Shown here piece by piece: positions 54,855-64,000 of a DNA stretch of 64,000 bases (position 1 is the stretch's first letter; every line of letters starts with the position of its first letter). The notes beneath the pieces are model-generated. The model saw nothing but the letters and a program-made list of their open reading frames with translations. It had not been told where the DNA came from and did no database searches. Source of the stretch: Coriobacteriia bacterium (GTDB lineage: Bacteria; Actinomycetota; Coriobacteriia; Coriobacteriales; UMGS124); contig JAGZEG010000002.1 of NCBI GenBank assembly GCA_018368455.1, positions 198,949 to 262,948 on the forward strand, written 5' to 3'. The position numbers and the translations under genes are program-made.

Positions 54855-57197
54855 ATGGCGATAGAGAGAGGAACGGTGTTCGGCGGCCGCTACGTGGTGC
54901 AGTCGCAGGTGGGCACCGGTGGCATGGCAACCGTATACCGCGGCATGGACCAAACGCTCGATCGCCTCGTCGCGATCAAGGTCATGCTGTCGCGCTACGC
55001 GTCCGACCCGTCGTTCGCTGCGCGCTTCAAGCAGGAGGCCCAGGCGGCCGCAGCCCTGCAGAGCCCCTACATCGTGAGCGTGTACGACTGGGGCAAGGAG
55101 GGTGACACCTACTACATCGTCATGGAGTACCTGCGCGGCACCGACCTCAAGACGGGCATCCGTAGCCACGGTGCGCTCGCCCCGCGCAAGGTGGCGCAGA
55201 TCGGCGCACAGGTGTGCTCGGCGCTGTCAGTGGCCCACGCGCACGAGATCATCCACCGCGACATCAAGCCGCAGAACATCATGATCCAGCCGAACGGCGA
55301 CGCCAAGGTCATGGACTTCGGCATCGCCCGCTCCAAGAACTCGCACCTCACGCAGACGAACTCCGTGCTCGGCACCGCGCACTATGTCTCGCCCGAGCAG
55401 GCGCAGGGCAAGGAGCTCGGCCCCACGAGCGACCTGTACTCGCTGGGCGTCGTCATGTACGAGGCGTCGACCGGCAAGCTGCCCTTTGACGGCGACGACG
55501 CCGTGAGCGTGGCGCTCAAGCAGGTCAACGAGGAGCCGGTTCCACCGAGCGAGATCAACCCCAACGTGGATGACAACCTCGAGGCCATCATCATGAAGTG
55601 CATGGCCAAGGATCCCGGCGAGCGCTTCCAGAGCGCAGACGAACTGCGTCGCGTGCTCAACAACTACATCATGGGCCGCCCGCTGAACCTGGGCACGACG
55701 ACGCGCGTCATGAGCCCCTCGGCAACGCAGACGACCGTCATGCAGGGCGGCGCCACCGGCACGACGCCGCTGCGCGGCCAGACCGAACCCACGCGCCGCA
55801 TCGCCAGCACGCAGGCCATGAACCGCGCCGTCGGCATGAACAGCGCGGCGGGACCCGTCGGCAGCGGGCGCGGGGGCGCCGGCGGCAGGGGCGGATCGAG
55901 CGGCTCCATGACGCAGGAGCGCCAGGGTCTGCCCGGGCCCGCCATCGCCGGCATCGTCGCCGTCGTCATCATCGCGCTCGTCCTTGTCATCGTCTTCGCC
56001 CTGCGCGGTTGCGCCGGCGGCACGAACACGCCGGGCGTGAACGGCACGGACACGACGGGCGTCGCAGCATCCAGCACGACCGACACCAAGACGTCCACGA
56101 GCACCGAGACCGTCAAGGTTCCCTCGGTCACGGGCAAGACCGTTGACGCGGCGCGCTCTGAGCTCCAGGCGGCCGGCCTCGACGTGGGCACGACGTCCCA
56201 GCAGGCCAGCGACAGCGTGCCCAAGGACCAGATCATCAGCCAGAACCCGACGGCCAACAGCACGGTCAACAAGGGCTCCAAGATCAACGTCGTCGTATCC
56301 ACCGGCCCGACGAACGCAGCCCTGCCGTCGCTGACCGTGGGCATGAGCGAGGCCGACGCCGTCAAGGCGCTCGAGGCCGCTGGCTTCAAGGCGCGCCACG
56401 ACAGCAACCTCGACGACTTCAGCGATCAGGCAGCCGAGGGCACGTTCCTCAAGCTCAACCCGGCTCAGGCGAACAGCACGTCCATCGCCAAGGGCACGGA
56501 GATCACGTACGGCCTGTCCAAGGGTGCGCAGACGGTAAGCGTGCCCTACGGCCTCGTGGGTGCCACGTGGGACGAGGCGAACAGCGCGCTTTCGAACGCC
56601 CAGCTCACCGCCGTGCAGAACCTCGTCGACGACGATCACGTGGCCCAGGGCTCCGTCGTCTCCGTCGAGCCCGGCGAGGGCACGGAGGGGCTTGCCCCGT
56701 GGAGCAGCGTGACGGTCAACGTCTCGAACGGCCCGTCCTCGGTCACGATCCCGACGGGCCTTGAAGGCTCGAGCTACGACTCCGTGGCAGCGCAGCTGTC
56801 GAGCCTGGGTCTGAACGTCAGCGCGCAGCACGAGTACAGCAGCACTGCCGCGGCAGGCACCGTCACGTGGGTGGGCAGCGCCGGCCAGCAGGTGTCGAAG
56901 GGCACGACGGTCAACGTCGGCGTCTCGGACGGCCCCGAGCCTACGCCCCAGATAACGGTGCCGGATGTAAGAAACTGGTCGAGTGACTCCGCGGCATACG
57001 CCATCTCGGAAGAAGGCCTCACGCCCAACGTCATCACAGGCGACGCAGCCCCGAGCGCCAATGCCGAGGGCATCGTCTACGCCGTCGAGCCAGGCGCGGG
57101 CTCGTCCGTCGACCAGGGCAGCACGGTCACGATCTATGTGTATGGCCCGTACGTCGACTCGTCGGGCGGCAACACAGAAGCCCAGGCCGAGGCCTAA
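54855..57197 (+). CDS. pknB: Ser/Thr protein kinase PknB with TM helix and extracellular PASTA repeats
   Basis: GTGGMATVY, VAIKV, HRDIKPQNIM, DFGIA and SPEQA are kinase motifs. A TM helix (IAGIVAVVIIALVLVIVFAL) follows, then about 4-5 PASTA-like repeats (VPSVTGKT..A...L..AGL). Confidence 0.9.
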   Translation: MAIERGTVFGGRYVVQSQVGTGGMATVYRGMDQTLDRLVAIKVMLSRYASDPSFAARFKQEAQAAAALQSPYIVSVYDWGKEGDTYYIVMEYLRGTDLKTGIRSHGALAPRKVAQIGAQVCSALSVAHAHEIIHRDIKPQNIMIQPNGDAKVMDFGIARSKNSHLTQTNSVLGTAHYVSPEQAQGKELGPTSDLYSLGVVMYEASTGKLPFDGDDAVSVALKQVNEEPVPPSEINPNVDDNLEAIIMKCMAKDPGERFQSADELRRVLNNYIMGRPLNLGTTTRVMSPSATQTTVMQGGATGTTPLRGQTEPTRRIASTQAMNRAVGMNSAAGPVGSGRGGAGGRGGSSGSMTQERQGLPGPAIAGIVAVVIIALVLVIVFALRGCAGGTNTPGVNGTDTTGVAASSTTDTKTSTSTETVKVPSVTGKTVDAARSELQAAGLDVGTTSQQASDSVPKDQIISQNPTANSTVNKGSKINVVVSTGPTNAALPSLTVGMSEADAVKALEAAGFKARHDSNLDDFSDQAAEGTFLKLNPAQANSTSIAKGTEITYGLSKGAQTVSVPYGLVGATWDEANSALSNAQLTAVQNLVDDDHVAQGSVVSVEPGEGTEGLAPWSSVTVNVSNGPSSVTIPTGLEGSSYDSVAAQLSSLGLNVSAQHEYSSTAAAGTVTWVGSAGQQVSKGTTVNVGVSDGPEPTPQITVPDVRNWSSDSAAYAISEEGLTPNVITGDAAPSANAEGIVYAVEPGAGSSVDQGSTVTIYVYGPYVDSSGGNTEAQAEA

Positions 57198-57222
57198 AGC
57201 ACCGTACATACCAGGGCACAGC

Positions 57223-57270
57223 AACGCGGCCCGGACGGAGAGCGACTCCGCCCGGGCCGCGTTTTCTTTT
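57223..57270 (+). terminator. Rho-independent terminator after pknB
   Basis: aacgcggcccgg / ccgggccgcgtt stem followed by TTCTTTT. Confidence 0.65.
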
Positions 57271-57411
57271 GAGAGCGCAGGCCGCTGCACACGAAGGCCC
57301 ATCTACCAGCAGGGGCGCTTGGCCCCGCCCATGCGGAAAGACCAAGCGCCCCTAAAAACAGCGTCGCGCATGATGGCTGAGCCGGGGATAAGCCTGGCCC
57401 AGGGAACGCAG

Positions 57412-58140
57412 CTACGCCAGACGAATGGCCAGCGTAACGTTGGTGCCCGCCTTGGGCAGGACGGTGGCGTCGCCCGTAAACGTGACGTCGGAACCCACGG
57501 ACGCGTCGGAGATGAGTGCCGTCGAGCTGCTCGTCAGCGCAACGATGTCGCCCGTGGGATCCTCGTTGCCGTCGCGCGAGCCGCTCACCGCAAAGTCCGG
57601 CGTCCACGTGCCGGCAGAGGGCACGAGGCACTGCTCGATCGGCTTCTCGTCCTCCTTGCCCCACTGCAGCGTCAGCGTGACCTTGGCGCCCTGCTCAGCA
57701 CCGATGGTCTGCAGGCCCTCCCACGTCTCCAGGTCGGTGTTGATGGAGCGCAGCACGCACTTCGTGCCGTCAGAGGAGCTCTCGAAAGCGGTGAGCACCT
57801 GCGATGCCTGGGCCGTCGTGGCATCGGTCACCTGCAGCGCGAGGAACACGGCCTTGTTCTTGCGGTCAACGACCATCGGCAGCTCCGTCGAGACGGCGGC
57901 CGCCTTCGAGGCGTTCGTCGCAGCGGCGTCTTTTGCCGAAGAGGAGGCCTTAGCGGCGTCCTTCGCAGAAGAGGCGGCCTCCGACTTGGCAGCGGCCTTT
58001 ACCTCGCCGTCATGCGAGGCGCTGGCAGCCTCGGCGGCAAACGAGGGGCGAACGAACAGGCTGCCCAGCGCCATGCCGGCAGCAGCGACGCCCAGACCCA
58101 GGAACTCGCGACGAGACACGCCCTCGGACTTGTTCTCCAT
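57412..58140 (-). CDS. Tat-signal secreted protein, unknown function
   Basis: ATG 58140 with GAGAGGGA upstream. VSRREFLGLGVAAAGMALGSLFVRPSFA Tat signal, an Ala/Ser/Lys-rich linker, then a beta-rich ~150-aa domain. Confidence 0.6.
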   Translation of the reverse strand: MENKSEGVSRREFLGLGVAAAGMALGSLFVRPSFAAEAASASHDGEVKAAAKSEAASSAKDAAKASSSAKDAAATNASKAAAVSTELPMVVDRKNKAVFLALQVTDATTAQASQVLTAFESSSDGTKCVLRSINTDLETWEGLQTIGAEQGAKVTLTLQWGKEDEKPIEQCLVPSAGTWTPDFAVSGSRDGNEDPTGDIVALTSSSTALISDASVGSDVTFTGDATVLPKAGTNVTLAIRLA

Positions 58141-58544
58141 GATGATCCCTCTCTCACGATCGCGTTGAATTAGCCGGCGCGTTTCTGGCGCGCTAGCCCG
58201 TGCCGAGACGTGCCCGGCATCCGAGCGCCCACTGTACGCGCGGGATATCCCCTGCTTTAGGTAATCAGAGGCGGATGGAAGGTATTCGAAAGCAAACTCT
58301 CACGCACGGGAGATGAGTCGGGGTTCTGCAGTGGCGCGAGAACGCACGCCCTCGGCAGAACATCAGGCCCGGATGGGCGCTCACCCGTTTTGGCATCGGC
58401 GTCCTCGCAGCTCAGGCGCGGCATGTCGCAAGATAACCCGTTTCGTCACTCCCCCATGCGTATGCTGGGATGCGACGAGGACGGGCTCTGGATACGCACA
58501 AGCGCGCCCGGAACCCTCCCGCATATCCACGAGAGGAGCTTTGC

Positions 58545-60752
58545 ATGAGCGATTCCACGATGAGCCGCCGCACGTTCGTTGCCGGCGCCTCGGCCATGGC
58601 TGCGCTGGCGTTTGCTGGCACCGCGCTGGCCGAGGAGGCCCCGGCTGGTTCGGCCGCAGGCGATGCGCCCGCCGAGGGCGGTGCGCCCGCAGGCGAGGGA
58701 GGCCCGGGCGCCGGCGGCCCCGGCGGCCCCGGCGGTGGCCCTGGCGGCCCTGGTGGCGGCGCCCCGAAGGACATCGAGGCCGCAAAGGCCGCCGCAAAGG
58801 CCGAGGGTCGCACGTTCGGCTACGCCGGCGCGGGTGACTGGCTGGGCGAGCCCGAGCAGGTCACCGTGGCCCGCGAGGTCAACGACTTCGACGTCGTCGT
58901 CATCGGCGGTGGACACGCCGGCGTTCAGGCCACGCTCGCCGCGGCCGAGGCCGGCGCCAAGGTCGCCCTGTGCGAGAAGAACTTCGCGATGACGTTCCTC
59001 GGCGAGGACATCGCCGCCTGGAACCCGCAGTTCAACATCGACGCCGGCTTCCCGCAGTACAACCTGGGCGAGGTCATCGACGAGTTCACGACCCGCACCG
59101 GCGGCCGTGTGAGCCAGGAGGTTCTCGCCGCATACGTCAACAACTCGGGCGAGTGCCTCGACCACATGATCGCGTGCATGAAGGACGTCGTCGAGGACGC
59201 CGATGCCAAGGCCGCGTTCGACCAGCTCGTCACCGACACGATGTTCTCGAACGAGTACGTCGCCGGCGGCACGTACGAGCAGGAGCCCGACGCGTCGTTC
59301 TACACGTACGACGTCACGCGCAACGGCAAGATCATCGTCCAGGCCATGTTCGACGCCGACAAGGTGCACGAGCTGACGGACGGCATCGACTGGGCCTCCA
59401 TCGCCGTCGACCCGAACTGCGAGACGACGGAGGAGGGCTATCAGGCCGGCTACCAGGCCCTCTACGACACGCTCGCCTCGTTCTACGACAACAACAACCA
59501 GTGCCTCGACCACACGGGCTACCCCAAGCAGCCCGGCACGAAGACGTGGGCCACGACCGTTCAGTTCATGGGCCACTTCCACGGCCGCGAGGGCCACGGC
59601 GGCGTCGCGGCGTCCTCGAGCCTCGGCACCGTGCAGATGGCCTGCCTCACGAAGGCCGTGCAGGCCGGCGCCCAGGTGTTCATGGGCTACAAGGGCAACC
59701 AGCTCGTCCAGGACGCCGACGGCAAGGTGACGGGCGTCATCTGCTACGACGCCGACGCCGATGAGTACGTGCAGTTCAACTGCAAGGCCGTCATCAGCTG
59801 CGGCGGCGGCTACGTGCAGAACTCCGACATGTGCTGGGCGCTGCTCAACGAGCTCATGGAGAAGTACGAGCGCACGGGCGGCCTCAAGGAGGACTTCAAC
59901 GGCGGCGGCATGGCGGCGTCGGCCGACGGCTCGTCCACGAAGATGCTCTGCTGGGCCGGCGGCTTCATCGAGCCCTCGCCCCGCGGCCACATGAGCCTGG
60001 GCGGCGGCCCCTCCGGCACGTGGGGCGCCAACTGCCACCTGTGGCTCGACGAGAACATGCAGCGCTTCTGCAACGAAGGCAACATCACGGCGGCCGGCAG
60101 CGCCTGCGCCCGCAAGACGGGCACGTGCTACGGCGTGCTGGGCGGCGATTACCTCAAGCACATCGCGAGCTGCGGCCTCGAGCACACGGGCCCCAACTTC
60201 GGCCGCCCCGAATACATCATGGACATGATGTACGACATCGAGACCGGCGCGATGGACAGCCAGATCAGCGTCACCGGCATGACGACGGCCGAGCGCATGG
60301 GCGGCGGCATCTTCAAGGCCTCGAGCCTCGAGAAGCTGGCCGAGCTCATGGGCATCGCCGACGTCGAGGGCTTCGTCGCGGCTGTCAACGCCTACAACGA
60401 GCTGTGCTACGGCTGCCAGGACGGCACGTACACATGCGACCCGCAGTTCGGCAAGAAGGCCGAGGCCATGATCCCGATCGAGGGGCCGACGTACTACGGC
60501 TTCTCCGGCTCACTGGGCGAGAGGGGCTCCGCGCCCTCCATGGTCACGATGTCGGGCGTCATGACCGACAAAGACCTGTGCGTCGTCAACGCCGACGGTG
60601 CCCCGATCGCCGGCCTGTACTGCGCCGGCAACGACCTGGGCGGCCGCTACGGCACTGGCTACTGCACGCCTGCCGCCGGCAACTCCATCGGCATGGCCGT
60701 AACGCACGGCCGCGTGGCCGGCAAGTCCGCCGCCGCTTACCTGGGGCTGTAA
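58545..60752 (+). CDS. Tat-exported FAD-binding flavoprotein reductase (large, 735 aa) with Gly/Pro linker
   Basis: ATG 58545 with GAGAGGAG upstream. MSRRTFVAGASAMAALAFAGTALA Tat signal. GGPGAGGPGGPGGGPGGPGGG linker. DVVVIGGGHAGVQATLAAAEAGAKVALCEK FAD motif. C-terminal GLYCAGNDLGG. Confidence 0.8.
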   Translation: MSDSTMSRRTFVAGASAMAALAFAGTALAEEAPAGSAAGDAPAEGGAPAGEGGPGAGGPGGPGGGPGGPGGGAPKDIEAAKAAAKAEGRTFGYAGAGDWLGEPEQVTVAREVNDFDVVVIGGGHAGVQATLAAAEAGAKVALCEKNFAMTFLGEDIAAWNPQFNIDAGFPQYNLGEVIDEFTTRTGGRVSQEVLAAYVNNSGECLDHMIACMKDVVEDADAKAAFDQLVTDTMFSNEYVAGGTYEQEPDASFYTYDVTRNGKIIVQAMFDADKVHELTDGIDWASIAVDPNCETTEEGYQAGYQALYDTLASFYDNNNQCLDHTGYPKQPGTKTWATTVQFMGHFHGREGHGGVAASSSLGTVQMACLTKAVQAGAQVFMGYKGNQLVQDADGKVTGVICYDADADEYVQFNCKAVISCGGGYVQNSDMCWALLNELMEKYERTGGLKEDFNGGGMAASADGSSTKMLCWAGGFIEPSPRGHMSLGGGPSGTWGANCHLWLDENMQRFCNEGNITAAGSACARKTGTCYGVLGGDYLKHIASCGLEHTGPNFGRPEYIMDMMYDIETGAMDSQISVTGMTTAERMGGGIFKASSLEKLAELMGIADVEGFVAAVNAYNELCYGCQDGTYTCDPQFGKKAEAMIPIEGPTYYGFSGSLGERGSAPSMVTMSGVMTDKDLCVVNADGAPIAGLYCAGNDLGGRYGTGYCTPAAGNSIGMAVTHGRVAGKSAAAYLGL

Positions 60753-60796
60753 GGCGCACGAGCTCCGAAGGCGCGCTACACTAGGCACGTCACCCC

Positions 60797-60845
60797 AGGC
60801 CGCCCGGCATCCGGGAACTCCTTCCGGGCCGGGCGGCCTTTCGGT
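60797..60845 (+). terminator. Rho-independent terminator after the flavoprotein gene
   Basis: ggccgcccgg...ccgggcggcc stem followed by TTTCGGTCTT. Confidence 0.55.
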
Positions 60846-60890
60846 CTTGACCTGGGTCTTGACCTTGGTTTTGACCTTGACCCACGAGGC
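60841..60890 (+). promoter_or_regulatory. Four TTGACC direct repeats (three at 12-bp phasing, the last 6 bp on)
   Basis: tcggtcTTGACCtgggtcTTGACCttggttTTGACCTTGACCc, about 130 nt upstream of ATG 61020. Confidence 0.35.
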
Positions 60891-61019
60891 GTCACAGTGC
60901 ACCAGATGCAAGGCGCGGCGGAGCGACGCGTATTGAAATACGCGAGCTCCGCCGCAACGCAGCAGATGGCGTGCTGTGATCGCCTCGGGAGCAGTAAACG
61001 TAAGGGGATTCGATAAGCC

Positions 61020-62408
61020 ATGCGGGGTTACCTCTACTGGTCTGCTTACAACAACATCGTCGAGACGTTCCATATGGATGCTGCACCTGGCCGGCTCATG
61101 AACGGCGACGCAACGTCGTGCGGCAACGCGCTGGCCATGGCCTCGCGTGACGCGAAGGCGACCCCCGAGCTGTTCCTGTCGGCCGTGCGGCAGTTCCTCT
61201 CGACGGCAGACGCCCGGACGTGCTCTGTGACCTGCGACGATCCCTCGTGTCGCGAGTATGCGCTCGGCTTCGAGGTGCACCGCAGCGGCGAATTCCTCTA
61301 TGTAACGCGCTCGCGTGGCGACGAGCGGCTGCAGCCGGGCATGCGCATCGTGGCCGTCGGGCGCAACACGATCCCCTTCCTGCTCAAAGATACGGCTCAG
61401 GAGATATTCTGGGGCCGCGACACCGATCGCGAAGATTGGGATCTGGCACTGCGCATGTTCAACGACATCGACGTCTTTCCCGGCGACGGCAGCGTCGAGC
61501 GCCTCGACCTGCGCCGCTTCCCTGCAGACGCAGCGCCCAAGCAAACCGGGACGCCCATCTCCCTGCGCGAGGTGACACCCGGCGTCACCCTCCTTACGCT
61601 GCGGCGCCTCGACGATGCCGACACGCTGGTTGCAGCGCTCGGCACGGGCCGCGAGCTGCTCTCGCGCTGCGATAGTCTCGTGCTTGACCTGCGCAGATGC
61701 GAGGGCAAGGCCGACCCGGCGAGCTACCTGGCGCTGCTCCCCTACCTGGTGGACGCCGACATGCCCGCGCGGGAGCTGTTCCCCGACGAGCGCATCCACA
61801 CGATCTACTCCAAGGCAAACGCCGAGCGACTTCTCGCCCCGCTGCTTGCGGCACGGGAGCGCATGCTCAACACGAACGCGACCAGCACTGCCGCGGATCC
61901 GGCCGTCCCGAACCTCTCCCTCGTCGACGAGCTCATCGCCGATATCCGCGCCAAGGAGGCGCAGGTGCTCGAGGCCAAGCGCGCCGTCACCGGCCTGCAG
62001 GAACGCCGAGCCGCCAGCGAGATCACCGAGGTGGTGCCCTCCCCCTTCGGCAGCGAGCAGGTCGCAGTTGCAGCAGGGACACCGCAGCGCGTAGCAATCC
62101 TGCTGGACACGACAACGGGCATCGGGGCAGAGCGCCTCGCCGCGGCCGTCATGGGCCAGCGCAAGGTGCAGCTCGTGGGCCGCGCCACGCCGGGCGCCGT
62201 CGACTACGCCAACTACCTGAGCGTCGAGTATCCCGACATCCGCGCACGTTTCATCTACCCCATCAGCCGCACCGAGGCCAACCAGGAAGGTCGCGGATCC
62301 GCCCGCACGGGTCTGCCGCTCAACGTCCACGTTCCGTTCTCGCCTGAGGAGTGCACCCGCGACACCACTCTCGCGGCCGCCCTTGAAGCGCTGGAGACGT
62401 CGAACTAG
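61020..62408 (+). CDS. Peptidase S41-like protein (possibly non-catalytic)
   Basis: AAGGGGA RBS. SLVLDLRRCEGK resembles lilDLRxNxGG. ILLDTTTGIGAERLAAAV sits where S41 has ..SASAxE... LVGRATPGAV resembles vGexTxGkg. The antisense 660-aa ORF is rejected. Confidence 0.5.
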   Translation: MRGYLYWSAYNNIVETFHMDAAPGRLMNGDATSCGNALAMASRDAKATPELFLSAVRQFLSTADARTCSVTCDDPSCREYALGFEVHRSGEFLYVTRSRGDERLQPGMRIVAVGRNTIPFLLKDTAQEIFWGRDTDREDWDLALRMFNDIDVFPGDGSVERLDLRRFPADAAPKQTGTPISLREVTPGVTLLTLRRLDDADTLVAALGTGRELLSRCDSLVLDLRRCEGKADPASYLALLPYLVDADMPARELFPDERIHTIYSKANAERLLAPLLAARERMLNTNATSTAADPAVPNLSLVDELIADIRAKEAQVLEAKRAVTGLQERRAASEITEVVPSPFGSEQVAVAAGTPQRVAILLDTTTGIGAERLAAAVMGQRKVQLVGRATPGAVDYANYLSVEYPDIRARFIYPISRTEANQEGRGSARTGLPLNVHVPFSPEECTRDTTLAAALEALETSN

Positions 62409-62457
62409 GAGTCTCGACCGGTCGGGGCGCAGCTTCTTGCAGCCGGCGTCCCAGTCT

Positions 62458-62608
62458 CGGCCAGGAATCATCCTTGTGTATGGGGGGGTCATGGCGCCGC
62501 GTTCTCACACAGCGCCACGCAGCAGCAAAACAGCAGGTAAGATTCGCACGAGGGGACCTCGGCGGGACAAGGCGGCGCCAGGCCCCATACACGCGGCCGA
62601 TTCCTGGC
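62458..62608. repeat. Hairpin-forming intergenic element (GGCCAGGAATC..GTGTATGGGG family)
   Basis: ggccaggaatc/gattcctggcc, gtgtatgggg/ccccatacac and ggcgccgc/gcggcgcc can form three nested stems. The arms resemble the 9992..10186 element. Confidence 0.6.
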
Positions 62609-62921
62609 CACAATACGGCGCTTTCCTGACAGGACGACCTTTGCGGGCCCGAATCGAGCCGATGCCCGTCCCCTCCCCTGCGTGAAGCCGCCCGCATTGC
62701 CCGCCCGCAGGCGCCTGCCCCACGCGTGACGATTCGGCGCATCCGAGCCGCGCTCTCCCGTCACCGTCCCGCCCGTCTATGGTAGGCTGGCACGTGCAAT
62801 GGATTCGCGCTTGCATTGCCGCGGCGGTTCTGGTGATCGCCGCAGATGGCCCGGCCCGCGTGTCACGACCGCGCCGCCGCCCCATCTCTCGCGCGCCGCA
62901 TCGTTTTGCCTGAGGTTTCCC

Positions 62922-64000
62922 ATGCATCAGACATCTCCGCACGACCCGTCCGCCAAGCAATCTCGCCTTGGCCTCATCCATGCCAGCCAGCTCAAGCAGT
63001 ATCTCGGCTACGTGCTGCCCTCCATGGCGGCGCTCATGCTCTCGAGCGTGTTCATCATCCTCGACGGCGTGTTCGTCGGGCACGCCGTGGGCGACGCAGG
63101 CATGGCCGGCATCAACGTCGCCTTCCCGATGATCACGCTCGTCAACGCCATCTCGATGGGCATCGGCATGGGAGGCGCCGTCATCTCGTCCATCGAGCGC
63201 GGCAAGGGCGACGAGCAGGCCGCCTTGCGCGCAACCGGCAACGTCTTCCTCGTCCTGGGCATCGTCGGCATCCCGCTCGCCCTGACCATGGCCGCCGTCG
63301 CCGAGCCCGTGTGCGCCCTCATGGGCGGCTCGGGCCAGACGCTCACCGAGGCTGTCCACTTCGTGCGCGCCGTCGCCATCGGCACGCCGTTCCAGGCTAT
63401 CTCGCTCGGCAGCATCGCGCTCGTGCGCAACCGCGGAGATGTGCGCTACGCCATGGTCGTGCAGATCATCACGACGAGCATCAACATCGTGCTCGACTTC
63501 CTGTTCGTATTCGAGCTGGGCTTCGGCACGTTCGGCGCCGGCCTGGCCACCGTGTTCGGCCAGGTGTTCTCGTTCTGCGCCTACGTGCGCTACTTCACGC
63601 GCCCCAAGAATCGCATCCCCCGCGCCGCGTTCAAGCCCCACGGCGTCACGCTCTCGCACATGGTCAAGCTGGGCCTCGCGCCGTTCGGACTGTTCCTACT
63701 GCCTGACGTCACGACCGTCGTCATCAACGTCAACGCCAATGCTGCAGGTGGCGAGACCGCCGTGGCCGCGTTCGCCGCGATGGCTTACGTCGGCTACATC
63801 GTGCTCATGCTCATGCAGGGCGTGGCCGACGGTAGCCAACCCCTCGTGAGCCTCTGCCACGGCAAGGGCGACCACGACCAGGTGCAGCGTCTGCGCAACA
63901 CGAACTACGCAGCGGCATGCGGACTCGGCCTCGTGGGGCTCGTCGTACTCGTGCTCATGCGCGACGCGGTGCCGGGGCTGTTCGGAACGTCCGAGGCAAC
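62922..64000 (+). CDS. MATE-family efflux transporter; partial, continues beyond the right edge
   Basis: Not in the ORF track (no stop). ATG 62922 with GAGG upstream. My translation LKQYLGYVLPSMAALMLSSVFIILDGVFVGHAVGDAGMAGINVAFP.. is a typical MatE N-terminus, and the frame stays open to 64000. Confidence 0.75.
   Translation, partial: MHQTSPHDPSAKQSRLGLIHASQLKQYLGYVLPSMAALMLSSVFIILDGVFVGHAVGDAGMAGINVAFPMITLVNAISMGIGMGGAVISSIERGKGDEQAALRATGNVFLVLGIVGIPLALTMAAVAEPVCALMGGSGQTLTEAVHFVRAVAIGTPFQAISLGSIALVRNRGDVRYAMVVQIITTSINIVLDFLFVFELGFGTFGAGLATVFGQVFSFCAYVRYFTRPKNRIPRAAFKPHGVTLSHMVKLGLAPFGLFLLPDVTTVVINVNANAAGGETAVAAFAAMAYVGYIVLMLMQGVADGSQPLVSLCHGKGDHDQVQRLRNTNYAAACGLGLVGLVVLVLMRDAVPGLFGTSEA

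Noticed and set aside
57300-57360. Terminator for the minus-strand gene 57412-58140 (aggggcgcttgg...ccaagcgcccct)
   Set aside because: On the minus strand the T-run lies upstream of the stem rather than after it, and on the plus strand the stem is followed by A's rather than a T-run. It is not a convincing intrinsic terminator for either strand.
60510-62492. 660-aa minus-strand ORF spanning the flavoprotein 3' end and the S41-like gene
   Set aside because: It crosses a terminator and an intergenic region. Its composition is typical of antisense translation, while the plus-strand ORFs have an RBS and family motifs.

Overview
High-GC window. Gene content suggests an Actinomycetota chromosome, probably Coriobacteriia/Eggerthellaceae-like; this is an inference, not a search result. 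Supporting signs are the fhaA-fhaB-pstP-rodA/pbpA-pknB cell-envelope signalling cluster, several Tat-exported fumarate-reductase-family flavoproteins, and polytopic LuxR regulators. Core genes I recognise: gluQ, serS, a small alarmone synthetase, DDAH, an M19 dipeptidase, cyanase, an aldehyde dehydrogenase, a copA-copZ-csoR copper operon, a MarR plus heterodimeric ABC exporter, a GlpA-like FAD oxidoreductase set, and tRNA-Ser(GCT), tRNA-Arg(ACG) and tRNA-Leu(CAG). No rRNA, CRISPR array, transposase or integrase was seen. Two edge-truncated genes are missing from the ORF track: a CapA-like gene at the left edge and a MATE transporter at the right edge. Many long ORFs in the track are antisense shadows of real genes. 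Main observations, all hypotheses needing database or structure checks:
- A 6.3-kb segment is bracketed by a perfect 49-bp direct repeat. It carries a LuxR-linked pair of sulfite-oxidase-fold proteins, one fused to a triheme cytochrome c, and a lower-GC DUF3791/DUF3990/DUF3791-like cassette whose middle protein shows an H-Y-E ADP-ribosyltransferase-like triad.
- Two 202-bp AT-rich hairpin (MITE-like) elements flank a MerR-like/DUF4230-like/mini-protein module whose two main genes share a palindromic operator.
- An orphan binding protein has a ~125-aa Gly/Asn/Ser tail and is translationally coupled to a TiaS-kinase-like protein.
- A natural SEDS-bPBP fusion is present.
- At least three families of structured intergenic repeats occur, plus a tRNA-Ser 3'-end/terminator duplication.
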